A model generated the notes under the pieces. The model saw only the letters and a list, made by a program, of their open reading frames with translations. It did not search any database and was not told the origin of the DNA. Positions 29,239 to 38,074 of a DNA stretch of 64,000 nt are shown here, piece by piece. Positions within the stretch are counted from its first letter, which is position 1. Each line of letters starts with the position of its first letter. This DNA is from Rhodospirillaceae bacterium (GTDB taxonomy: Bacteria > Pseudomonadota > Alphaproteobacteria > GCA-2731375): NCBI GenBank assembly GCA_018667855.1, contig JABIRL010000080.1:10341-74340 (forward strand), read 5' to 3'. Position numbers and translations under genes: made by a program.

Positions 29239-32200
29239 ATGAGTTCATTGCAAACGCCGCCGTCGCCAACAGAGGGCGCGCAACTGTTGGCGCTGGCGGC
29301 CGCACACTCGCCAGTAATCCTTTATGCGGCGGCCACCGATGACGACTTTGCCCCAACCTACATCAGCGAAAACCTTGAATCCCTGACCGGTCATTCCGTT
29401 GATCGGATGTTGTCCCGTGACGGCTATCGCGACCGCCAAATACATCCCGACGACTTGTCGGGCTATCGCCAAAGCTGCAGCTCCCTGGGCCCCGGCGATC
29501 GGACAAAATGCTCCTATCGGCTTCGTTCCCTGGACGGCGACTACCGCTGGTATCGAGACGATATTCATCGCGTTGAGGAGCCGGCGGTGCTGACGGGTTG
29601 CATGACCGATATCAATGCGGAAATTATGGCCGAGGCGGCGCAACAAGAGCAACAGCAGGCCTATCAGGAAGCTGTTGAACTCATCGATGGCGGCTTTTGT
29701 GTTTTCAACAGTGATGACAATGTCGTTGCCTGCAACACCATGATGGCCAAGGCGACAGGCCATGATCCGGAGCATTTTATCGGCAAGTCACGGAAGTTCC
29801 TGGCCGCGGAATTCCTGACCAAGATCGAGATTTTCGATGGCGAACCGACCGAACAGACCCCAGCCTGGGCCGAACGAATTTTTGACCGCATAAGCGACCC
29901 CAGCGGCATGGGTGCGGAATTGAAGATGCATGCCGGTTACTGGGTGCGGGCGACCTTTGCGCCAACCTCGGAAGGTGGCCGTGTCATTTTGATCACCAAT
30001 ATTCACGGCCAGAAGAAGTTGGAGCAGGAATCGCGGGAAAGCGCCGCGCAATTCCGCATGCTGGTCGAAAGCCATCCCCTGCCGGTTATTTTGGTGGATA
30101 TGGAATCCGGACGGATGCTGTATGAGAGCCCGGCGGCATCGGCCATGCTGGGCCGTGAGTGGGACCCGGATATCAATTTCAAGGCCAAGGATATGTATGC
30201 CGATTCCACGGATCGGGCGCAGTTTGTCACTGAATTGCAGCGCACGGGACAACTGCACAACAAATTGATGCCCTTCAAACGCGCCGACGGCACCCTGTTC
30301 CGCGTTGTCGTGGATGCCAATCTGATCATGCATCAGGGGCGGGAAGTCAGCATTGCGTCAATCACCGACCTGACAGCGGAACAGGACCGGGAGTTGGACC
30401 TGACCCGCGCCAACGAAACCATGGAAGATGCGATTGAATCCCTGTCCGAGGGCTTTGCCCTTTATGACCGGGATGACCGGATGGTGGCCTGCAACAGCCG
30501 GTATGTTGACTACAATTGGCCTTGTAAGGATCTCATCAAGCCGGGCATGCATTGGGAAGATTTGGTTAGAGTAGGCGCTTCACGCGACACATACTTTGAC
30601 AGCGATGACGAAATGGAAGCCTTCATCGAGCAGCACAAGGCTGTCCGGCTTCAGGGCAAGCCAATGCTCAATTATGGATATACCCAAAACGACGGGCGTT
30701 GCTTCCAATGCTCCAAACGGCCGACGCGCCAGGGCGGCATGGTGGTCACTCTTTCGGAAATATCTGAACGTACGGAGCTGGAGCGGGAATTGCGTGAGAG
30801 CGCGGAGCATTTTCGCATGCTGGTGGAAAGCCATCCCCTGCCGGTCATCCTGGTGGACGTAGAGACGGGGCGCGTGCTGTATGAAAGCCCCGCGGCTTCG
30901 ACCCTGTTTGGCCGGCAATGGCGCCCAGATTTCGACTTCAAGGTCCAGGATATGTACGCTGATCCCGATGATCGGGGGCAGTTTCTTGCTGAACTGCGCC
31001 GTACAGGTGAACTTCGCAACCGGCCGATCCACTACAAACGCGCCGATGGTTCGGCCTATTGGATCTCCTGCAATTCCAAGCTGATCATGCACGAAGGCCG
31101 GGAAGTCCATATAACCTCGATCCTGGATCTGACGGAGCAACAAGAACGGGCATCAGCTACGGCGCGGGCCAACGAGACCCTGGAGGACGCCATCGAATCC
31201 CTGTCGGAAGGGTTTGCCCTCTATGACGGTGATGATCGCCTTGTGTTGTTCAACAGCCGGTTTCTTGAATTCAACCAGATTTGCGCGGACATCATCAAGC
31301 CCGGTTTAGCCTTTGACGACTTGATCCGCGTGGGCACCGAGCGGGGCCAATTTTATGGCGAGAAATCGGAGATCGAAGCATTTTTGCGGGATCACCTGGC
31401 CGACCGCACGTCGGGCCTGGCCAGGCTTGGCTTTGAATACAGGCTTGCCGATGGGACCTGGTATCAATTCTCTTCGCAACCGACCCGGCAGGGCGGCACG
31501 GTCGTGACCATAATCGATATGTCCAGCCGTAAGGACATGGAACGTGCGCTGCGGGACAGCGAGGCATCGGTGCGGCAGATTCTGGAGAGCTGCCCGGCGC
31601 CCATTACGGTCAGCCGTGGCCATGACAGCATCATTTTGTACGAAAGCCCCGCTTCGAAACAATTGTTTAAGCGTGGTCAGGAAGGATCCAACATGGTGGC
31701 CCGGGATTATTGGGCCGACAAAAGTGATCGGGACAATGTCTGGGCGGAATTGCAGGAAACGGGCCTGGTGCAGGACCGACCCATACAATTCATTGACGGT
31801 GAAGGTAAGGCGTTTTGGGGTTCCTATTCTGGACGGATGGTGGAAAATCAAGGCGAGAAAATCATGATCTCGGCGATCCTTGATTTAACGGAATACCGCA
31901 CTCTTGAACAAGAGATGGTCCGCCAACGGGAAGCCCTGCATGTGAGCGAAAAGATGGTCGCCATGGGGGAGTTGTTGGCCAGCGTCTCCCATGAATTGAA
32001 CAACCCGCTGTCCGTGGTCGTTGGCCAGGCCTTGTTGCTGCAGGAAACCGCCACGGATCCGGCTGTCACTGCCCGGGCCGAGCGGATCGTAAGTTCCGCC
32101 GACCGTTGCGCCCGGATCGTCAGGACCTTCCTGTCCATGGCCCGCCAACAGCCGCGGGAAAGCAGCGCGGCAAACGTCAATGATCTGATCGACCTGGCGC

Positions 32201-33063
32201 TTGAAGTGGCCAGTTACTCGTTGCGCGCATCGGACATCAAGATTTCTCTCAATCTGGCGGCGACCCTGCCCAAGGTATTGGTGGATGCGGACCAAATCGT
32301 GCAAGTCTTTATCAACCTGATGGTCAATGCCGAACAGGCCCTGCGGGAAGTTGATGGTCCGCGCCAGTTGACCATGACCACCCAGTACCGGGCGCGGGAA
32401 GACGCTATCGTGGTAAAAATCAAGGATAATGGTCCAGGTATCCCCGATGACATTCGCCGGCGCATTTTTGAGCCGTTTTTCACCACCAAGGAAGTTGGTG
32501 ATGGGACCGGGATCGGCCTGGCCTTGTGCCATCGCATTCTGCAATCCCATGGCGGGCGGATCAAACTGGAAAGCGCGCCGGACCAGGGCGCCTCGTTCAT
32601 CATGCGGCTGCCGGCCGTGGTCGGCGATTGGGATACCGGCCCGGCGATGCCGAAACCGACCGAAGCGGCGGCCAGCCTGGCTGTTCTGATCATTGATGAT
32701 GAAACCAGCGTCGCTGAATTGGTCGCCGACATCCTGGAAATTGACGGCCATCGCACCGCCATTGCCAACAACGGAATTGGGGGCCTTGCACTTATGGCTG
32801 AACAGTCTTTTGATATTATTCTCAGCGACTTGCGCATGCCCGAACTTGACGGACCGGCCCTGTTCCGGCGTTTGCAGGCCGAGCAGCCCGAACTTTTGCA
32901 ACGGGTCGGGTTTCTGACCGGCGATACGTTAAGCGCGGATATGGACGAATTTCTTCGACAGTCCGGCCGCCCCTACATCGAAAAACCAATTACGCCCAGC
33001 GACGTGCGGGAACTTGTCCTGCGTATTTTGGAGGCTCAACTGCCGGCAAATCCGCTTCATTGA
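29239..33063 (+). CDS. Cytoplasmic multi-PAS hybrid sensor histidine kinase (about 7 PAS, HisKA, HATPase, REC)
   Basis: SHELNNPL, QVFINL..NA, DNGPG, FEPFFTTK, GTGIGL, DDE...SDLRMP...KP; no TM segment; start 29215 or 29239. Confidence 0.95.
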   Translation: MSSLQTPPSPTEGAQLLALAAAHSPVILYAAATDDDFAPTYISENLESLTGHSVDRMLSRDGYRDRQIHPDDLSGYRQSCSSLGPGDRTKCSYRLRSLDGDYRWYRDDIHRVEEPAVLTGCMTDINAEIMAEAAQQEQQQAYQEAVELIDGGFCVFNSDDNVVACNTMMAKATGHDPEHFIGKSRKFLAAEFLTKIEIFDGEPTEQTPAWAERIFDRISDPSGMGAELKMHAGYWVRATFAPTSEGGRVILITNIHGQKKLEQESRESAAQFRMLVESHPLPVILVDMESGRMLYESPAASAMLGREWDPDINFKAKDMYADSTDRAQFVTELQRTGQLHNKLMPFKRADGTLFRVVVDANLIMHQGREVSIASITDLTAEQDRELDLTRANETMEDAIESLSEGFALYDRDDRMVACNSRYVDYNWPCKDLIKPGMHWEDLVRVGASRDTYFDSDDEMEAFIEQHKAVRLQGKPMLNYGYTQNDGRCFQCSKRPTRQGGMVVTLSEISERTELERELRESAEHFRMLVESHPLPVILVDVETGRVLYESPAASTLFGRQWRPDFDFKVQDMYADPDDRGQFLAELRRTGELRNRPIHYKRADGSAYWISCNSKLIMHEGREVHITSILDLTEQQERASATARANETLEDAIESLSEGFALYDGDDRLVLFNSRFLEFNQICADIIKPGLAFDDLIRVGTERGQFYGEKSEIEAFLRDHLADRTSGLARLGFEYRLADGTWYQFSSQPTRQGGTVVTIIDMSSRKDMERALRDSEASVRQILESCPAPITVSRGHDSIILYESPASKQLFKRGQEGSNMVARDYWADKSDRDNVWAELQETGLVQDRPIQFIDGEGKAFWGSYSGRMVENQGEKIMISAILDLTEYRTLEQEMVRQREALHVSEKMVAMGELLASVSHELNNPLSVVVGQALLLQETATDPAVTARAERIVSSADRCARIVRTFLSMARQQPRESSAANVNDLIDLALEVASYSLRASDIKISLNLAATLPKVLVDADQIVQVFINLMVNAEQALREVDGPRQLTMTTQYRAREDAIVVKIKDNGPGIPDDIRRRIFEPFFTTKEVGDGTGIGLALCHRILQSHGGRIKLESAPDQGASFIMRLPAVVGDWDTGPAMPKPTEAAASLAVLIIDDETSVAELVADILEIDGHRTAIANNGIGGLALMAEQSFDIILSDLRMPELDGPALFRRLQAEQPELLQRVGFLTGDTLSADMDEFLRQSGRPYIEKPITPSDVRELVLRILEAQLPANPLH

Positions 33064-33108
33064 AACAATTGAAACAAAACCGTGCTCGTTCCGACACATC
33101 TCTGAAAT
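33062..33108 (+). promoter_or_regulatory. Putative response-regulator operator array, copy 1
   Basis: GAAAC-AATT-GAAACA-N16-GACAC-N6-GAAAT, same geometry as 34226-34272. Confidence 0.6.
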
Positions 33109-33190
33109 TGCAGGCCGTCATTATCCCGACATCGCAATTGGGACCGGGCCAGGAAACCCGGACATGAATTGAGAGCGAGAGGGCGGAAAG

Positions 33191-33352
33191 ATGTATTTTG
33201 CAACGATGAACGGCCCCATACAGGTTGGTGGGCACGGCCACTATGGTTTCAAGACAATTGCCCCTTATGTGGCCGCACATGGGATGGCCGTCGCGTTCCT
33301 GCATGATATTACTATTGCGTTTATTCGTTGGATCAAGGCGCGGCACGGTTAA
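33191..33352 (+). CDS. Unannotated 53-aa His-rich small protein
   Basis: ATG..TAA, MYFATMNGPIQVGGHGHYGFKTIAPYVAAHGMAVAFLHDITIAFIRWIKARHG; GAGAGGG upstream; below the ORF-track cutoff. Confidence 0.55.
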   Translation: MYFATMNGPIQVGGHGHYGFKTIAPYVAAHGMAVAFLHDITIAFIRWIKARHG

Positions 33353-33386
33353 CCCAATAGGGCGATAGCCGGCACGCGGGAGATAG

Positions 33387-34106
33387 ATGATGGGTGACAT
33401 GGATCATATTGTTGTCGTTGACGACGAACAGGATATCCGCGACACCCTGCGGGAATACCTCGAAATCAAGAATTTCCGCGTCACCCCGGCCATGGATGGC
33501 GCCGCGTTGCGGGAAATCATCGGGTCCGGAGAAACCATTGATCTGATTATTCTGGATATTTCCATGCCGGGCGAGGATGGCCTGACCTTGGCGCGGTTCA
33601 TCCGGGAAAGTTCCGACGTACCCATTATTATGCTGACCGCGGCCAATGATGTCATGGACCGGATTGTCGGCCTGGAAATGGGCGCGGACGATTATCTTTC
33701 AAAACCCGTGGATCTGCGTGAATTGTTTGCCAGGGTGAAAACCATTCTGCGGCGCACCCGGTTGAATTCTGGCGACGGCGCGTTGGCGGCGACCCCGAAA
33801 CAGCAGATTCGCGTCGGCAGTTGCCATCTGGACCTGGACGCCCATCGGCTGTTTGACAAGGAAGGCGCGGAAATCGCCATCACGGCCATGGAATACGATC
33901 TGCTGCGCGCCTTCGTCGAGCGCCCGAATCGAGTTCTGACGCGGGACCAGCTGTTGGAATTCGCCCACCACAAGAATTGGGAACCGTTTGACCGTTCCAT
34001 CGATATCCGTATCGCCCGCCTGCGCCGCAAGATCGAAACAGACCCCACCAAACCGCGGGTCATCAAGACCGTACGCGGCATGGGTTATACCTACGCGCCC
34101 CAATAA
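33387..34106 (+). CDS. OmpR/PhoB-family response regulator
   Basis: VVDDE, LDISMP, GADDYLSKP, DRSIDIRIARLRRK, KTVRGMGY. Confidence 0.95.
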   Translation: MMGDMDHIVVVDDEQDIRDTLREYLEIKNFRVTPAMDGAALREIIGSGETIDLIILDISMPGEDGLTLARFIRESSDVPIIMLTAANDVMDRIVGLEMGADDYLSKPVDLRELFARVKTILRRTRLNSGDGALAATPKQQIRVGSCHLDLDAHRLFDKEGAEIAITAMEYDLLRAFVERPNRVLTRDQLLEFAHHKNWEPFDRSIDIRIARLRRKIETDPTKPRVIKTVRGMGYTYAPQ

Positions 34107-34130
34107 CTCAGTTACCACATGGTGAAATTA

Positions 34131-34167
34131 CGGCGCCTTTGCTGAAAGCAAGGCGCCGCATTATTTT
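34131..34167 (+). terminator. Probable intrinsic terminator after the response regulator
   Basis: CGGCGCCTTTGCT-GAA-AGCAAGGCGCCG hairpin followed by CATTATTTT. Confidence 0.65.
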
Positions 34168-34225
34168 CCGCAGGCCATAAACCCTTGGTTTGCTCGAGCA
34201 ATTCCGAATTGGAAATGCTTCAGCA

Positions 34226-34272
34226 GATACAATTGAAACATTTCCGCCCCGCCCCTGACACGAAACAGACAT
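34226..34272 (+). promoter_or_regulatory. Putative response-regulator operator array, copy 2
   Basis: GATAC-AATT-GAAACA-N16-GACAC-N6-GACAT, 80 nt before the globin ATG. Confidence 0.6.
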
Positions 34273-34351
34273 GGCGGTCCCCTAGATTGAGATTTGCAGG
34301 CGGTCGCCCATTGGTACCGCCGTCCATTCGGCAAACGGCAGGGAAAACAAC

Positions 34352-34711
34352 ATGACCATTTCCACATTTGAACGCTACGGCGGCTTTGGCAGCATCAACA
34401 AGGTGGTTACGGCCTTTTACGACAAGGTTCTCGATTCGCCGGTGCTGAGCCGCTATTTCGAGACGATCGACATGCGCCGGCAAATCGACCATCAAACCAA
34501 ATTCATTGCCTCCCTGATGGGCGGGCCCGCATCCTACTCCAATCAGGAGCTCGAGCGCGCGCACTCACGCTTCACCATTACGCGTGGTGAATTCAACGAG
34601 ATGATGGAGCTGCTTCAGGAAACCCTGGAAGATTTCGACCTGGAAGATGAACACGTGAACGAGGTCGTACAAAACTTCAACAACCGGGCGAGTTTCATCG
34701 TCAAACATTGA
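34352..34711 (+). CDS. glbN: Group I truncated hemoglobin (trHbN/GlbN-like)
   Basis: YGG, F22-Y23 (B9-B10), F36 (CD1), Q44/H47/Q48 (E7/E10/E11), GGP..Y, proximal H71. Confidence 0.92.
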   Translation: MTISTFERYGGFGSINKVVTAFYDKVLDSPVLSRYFETIDMRRQIDHQTKFIASLMGGPASYSNQELERAHSRFTITRGEFNEMMELLQETLEDFDLEDEHVNEVVQNFNNRASFIVKH

Positions 34712-34753
34712 TGGCACGCCAATTTTGCAGCCATCGGCCACCGGAGATGAGTA

Positions 34754-35866
34754 ATGGCGGAAGTAATTAGAATGGATAATTTGAGCCAGATGATACCAGG
34801 TGCTTTGCCACAGGAAAAATTGGGCGATGTCCTAAGAGACCTGGAAACTGGGGTCGCCATCGTGGCGCTGGCCGATTGGCGCATCACTTTCGAGAATGGC
34901 CGCTTTTTCCAATGGTGCCCGCCCAAAGACGATGCCGATGCGCCCCTCAGCGACCGTCTGGACGATTTCAAGGCGGACCGGGCCCGGGACCGTCTTCAAA
35001 AAAATCGCCCCTATCGTCAAAGTTTCGAGGTTCGCGAAGGTGCGCGGTCAACATTCCTAGAAATCACTATGCGGTCTTTTGATGGCGGCAGTGACTATGC
35101 GGTCGTGGAATGCCGTGACATGACGGCGCAGAAGCGCGCCGAGTACATGCTGGAATCCTATTCCGAGGTTAGCGAGCGCAATACGCGGGAATTGCAAAAG
35201 GAAAAGGACCGTGTGGAGAAATTGCTGTTGAACATCATGCCGCGCTCGGTCTACGAAGAGATGAAAGACTACGGCACGGTGACGCCGCAGCGCTATGAAA
35301 ACGCCACGATCATGCTGCTGGATTTCGTTGATTTCACCGAAATGGCGATCAGCCGGGAACCGGGCGAACTGGTTGCCGAATTGAACGACATTTTCTCCGC
35401 TTTTGACCGGATCGTGGAAATGTTCGGTTGTGAGCGGATCAAGACCATGGGCGATGCCTACATGGCTGTCTCGGGCCTGCCGGAGTCGAGCCCGGAGCAT
35501 GCCGCCGATATGGCCCGCGTCGCCCTACGGATCCGCCGCTATCTGGGCCGGCGCAATGCCGCCCATAGGCAGACCTGGAATTGCCGCATCGGCATCGCCA
35601 CGGGTCCGGTGATTGGTTCCATCGTCGGTATTCAGAAATACGTCTACGACATCTTCGGCCCCGGTGTGAACATGGCGGCCCGCATGGAAAGTTTCTCCGA
35701 ACCCATGCGTATTACCATGTCGTCGGAAACCTACGATCTGATTGCCGATGATTTCATCGTCGAGGATCGCGGCTTTCACGAAGTTAAAGGCTTTGGCAAC
35801 ACGGAGCTGTTTTTCCTGGAGGGTGAAAAAGAACGCACCACGATCCGCCGGGAAACCCGGCTGTAG
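34754..35866 (+). CDS. Class III adenylate cyclase with N-terminal PAS-like domain and coiled coil
   Basis: RDMT PAS end, EKLLLNIMP helix, DFVDFT, IKTMGDAYM, YDIFGPGVNMAARME (Lys/Asp indicate ATP specificity). Confidence 0.92.
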   Translation: MAEVIRMDNLSQMIPGALPQEKLGDVLRDLETGVAIVALADWRITFENGRFFQWCPPKDDADAPLSDRLDDFKADRARDRLQKNRPYRQSFEVREGARSTFLEITMRSFDGGSDYAVVECRDMTAQKRAEYMLESYSEVSERNTRELQKEKDRVEKLLLNIMPRSVYEEMKDYGTVTPQRYENATIMLLDFVDFTEMAISREPGELVAELNDIFSAFDRIVEMFGCERIKTMGDAYMAVSGLPESSPEHAADMARVALRIRRYLGRRNAAHRQTWNCRIGIATGPVIGSIVGIQKYVYDIFGPGVNMAARMESFSEPMRITMSSETYDLIADDFIVEDRGFHEVKGFGNTELFFLEGEKERTTIRRETRL

Positions 35867-35991
35867 ACCATTTTCGATTTTCATCGAGTAGCCAAGCCAC
35901 CCGCTCCCCCTGCCCGTCCACCCATTAATGGTACCCTGTGGGCGCACGGGCACGGGGAGCGGGTGGGTAGTTAGATTCAGAAAATGCTCTA
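35864..35991. repeat. TAG-bounded MITE-like repeat, family 2, copy B (128 bp, extended central hairpin)
   Basis: TAGACCATTTTCGA...GAAAATGCTCTA; both ends are stop codons of convergent genes. Confidence 0.85.
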
Positions 35992-36519
35992 GAATTCCGC
36001 GTCCAGAACGCGGTCTTCCTCTGATCGCGTTGCCGTCGCGGTGCCTTTTACGATACCCCGTACCGATTGCACCGCATCGACGGCCAGGCGCAGTGTTAAT
36101 ATGGCAATGCCGAAAAATACCGCGAATTTGGGCGGCCATTCGACCAGCTCCCATAACCCGGTAACATAGGAGCCGTAGTCCCAGGCGTGCTTAAAATCGG
36201 CAAACGTGGCGGCGGACAAAACGGCGAAGGCGATCAGGCCGATAAAGACGCCGAATGTCTCGAGTATCACTTTCGTATTGTTCGACATCCATTCCGTGAA
36301 AATCGTAACGAAGACATGCTCCCGCTCGGCCTGGACCGAGCTCAGGGGCAGGAAAACGATGAATACCATAAGGAATTCGCTGATCACCAAATCGTCGGGA
36401 ACCGGCGAGTTGAAAATATAGCGTGCCGTGACCGAGACACAAATCTGCAGCATCAAAAGGGTCAGGGCGGCGACCGCGGTCACGACCAGAAGGCGGTCAA
36501 TCCATTGCAGTATTTTCAC
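35989..36519 (-). CDS. dctQ: TRAP transporter small permease (second copy)
   Basis: 4 TM segments, RYIFNSP, EHVFVTIF; paralogue of 38075-38605. Confidence 0.88.
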   Translation of the reverse strand: MKILQWIDRLLVVTAVAALTLLMLQICVSVTARYIFNSPVPDDLVISEFLMVFIVFLPLSSVQAEREHVFVTIFTEWMSNNTKVILETFGVFIGLIAFAVLSAATFADFKHAWDYGSYVTGLWELVEWPPKFAVFFGIAILTLRLAVDAVQSVRGIVKGTATATRSEEDRVLDAEF

Positions 36520-36715
36520 GATAAATGCGCCAGGGATCCAACGAACAATGAACCGGGTTCCGGCCCTCTACTTGCAGATTATTAGGAAAATTGCTTCCAG
36601 AATGCCAGCATAACCCATGCGCCCGCCGGCCACATCCCCGGCAACTGGGACATTTCGCCGCGGCGGCTGTCCTTCGGTACCGTCCAAGATGCCGCGTCGT
36701 ATCTTCAGATCACCT

Positions 36716-38059
36716 CTAACGCAATAACAATGACGGCAGCCACAGGCTGATTTCCGGGAATATGATCAGAACGGCCAAGGTCAGAACATCCATGGCCAGG
36801 AACCACATGATACCCTTGAAGATTGTCTCCAACGGCACCGCATCACCCACCACGCCTTTTAGAATATAGACGTTCAGGCCGACAGGCGGGGTAATCAGAC
36901 CGATTTCCAGGAACTTGACCATGATGACGCCAAACCAGACCAGATCGTAACCCAGGTCCGCGATCACCGGTGTCACCACGGGCAGGGTCAGCAACATCAT
37001 GCCCAAGGGGTCCATGAAAGTGCCCAGCACGATGTAGATGACCGAAAGGGACAGCAGGATCATCACGGGAGGCACATCCAGATGGCCGGCCCAAATGGTC
37101 AACTCAGCCGCCACCCCGGTCAGGGCGATGAAGCCGACAAACAATTTCGCACCCAGAACCAGAGCGAAAATATTGGCCGACTGCCGCGCCGTTTCCACCA
37201 GCGCATCGCGAGCGGTCGCCAAGGTCAACCGCCTGGCCAGGAAACCTAGAACAAAGGCGCCCGCGGCACCTGCGGCGGCGGCTTCGGTTGGGGTGACGAT
37301 GCCGGAATAGATGCCACCCATGACGATCATGAACAAGGTCAGAATTGACCAGGTGCCCTTCAAAGCGACGAGTTTCTCACCCCAGGACGACGGCTCTCCC
37401 CGCGGCGCGAATTTCGGATTGGCCCGGGCCCGGACCCAGACCATGACCATATAGATCATGGCGGACATAATGCCGGGGATCAGGCCGGCCATCAACAACT
37501 GGCCCACGGATTCCTCCGTGAAGATACCATACAGGATCATCAAAATAGAGGGTGGGATCAGGGAACCCAGAGTGCCCGAGGCGGCAACCACGCCGGTTGC
37601 CAGGCCGGGGTCGTATTTGTGCCGCAGCATTTCCGGGACGGCCAGCTTGCCCATGGCCGCCGCGGTCGCCAGGGAAGAGCCGCTGACGGCGGCGAACATG
37701 GCGCAACCGGCGACCGAGGCCAGGGCCAGGCCGCCATGCAGCTTGGACATCCAGACCCGCGCGGTATCATAAATATCGCGGGTAAAACCGGCGTGAAACG
37801 CCACATAACCCATCAGCAGAAACAGCGGCACCGCGACAATGGGAAAAGAGGCGATGAAGGAAAACGGTTCAACGGAGGCGTAGGCGAAGGAGGCGTCGAA
37901 ACCACGCTCAAAATCCAATTCTTCGCCAGGGGGCCAGCCAACCGCGAAGATCGTGCCGACAAAGCCGGTTATGGCCATGCCAAAGGCGATGGGTACGCGA
38001 AGAGAAACCAGGCCAAGCATCGCGCCCAGGCCGAGCATACCAAGAACAAAGGGATCCAT
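36716..38059 (-). CDS. dctM: TRAP transporter large permease
   Basis: AVPLFLLMG, AAVSGSS, GTLGSLIPPS, IGLITPPVG. Confidence 0.95.
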   Translation of the reverse strand: MDPFVLGMLGLGAMLGLVSLRVPIAFGMAITGFVGTIFAVGWPPGEELDFERGFDASFAYASVEPFSFIASFPIVAVPLFLLMGYVAFHAGFTRDIYDTARVWMSKLHGGLALASVAGCAMFAAVSGSSLATAAAMGKLAVPEMLRHKYDPGLATGVVAASGTLGSLIPPSILMILYGIFTEESVGQLLMAGLIPGIMSAMIYMVMVWVRARANPKFAPRGEPSSWGEKLVALKGTWSILTLFMIVMGGIYSGIVTPTEAAAAGAAGAFVLGFLARRLTLATARDALVETARQSANIFALVLGAKLFVGFIALTGVAAELTIWAGHLDVPPVMILLSLSVIYIVLGTFMDPLGMMLLTLPVVTPVIADLGYDLVWFGVIMVKFLEIGLITPPVGLNVYILKGVVGDAVPLETIFKGIMWFLAMDVLTLAVLIIFPEISLWLPSLLLR

Positions 38060-38074
38060 TATCTACCTTAATTT

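Noticed and set aside
34712..34730. Sigma-54-like TGGCAC...TTGCA between the globin and the cyclase
   Set aside because: GG-to-GC spacing is 12 nt rather than the required 10.
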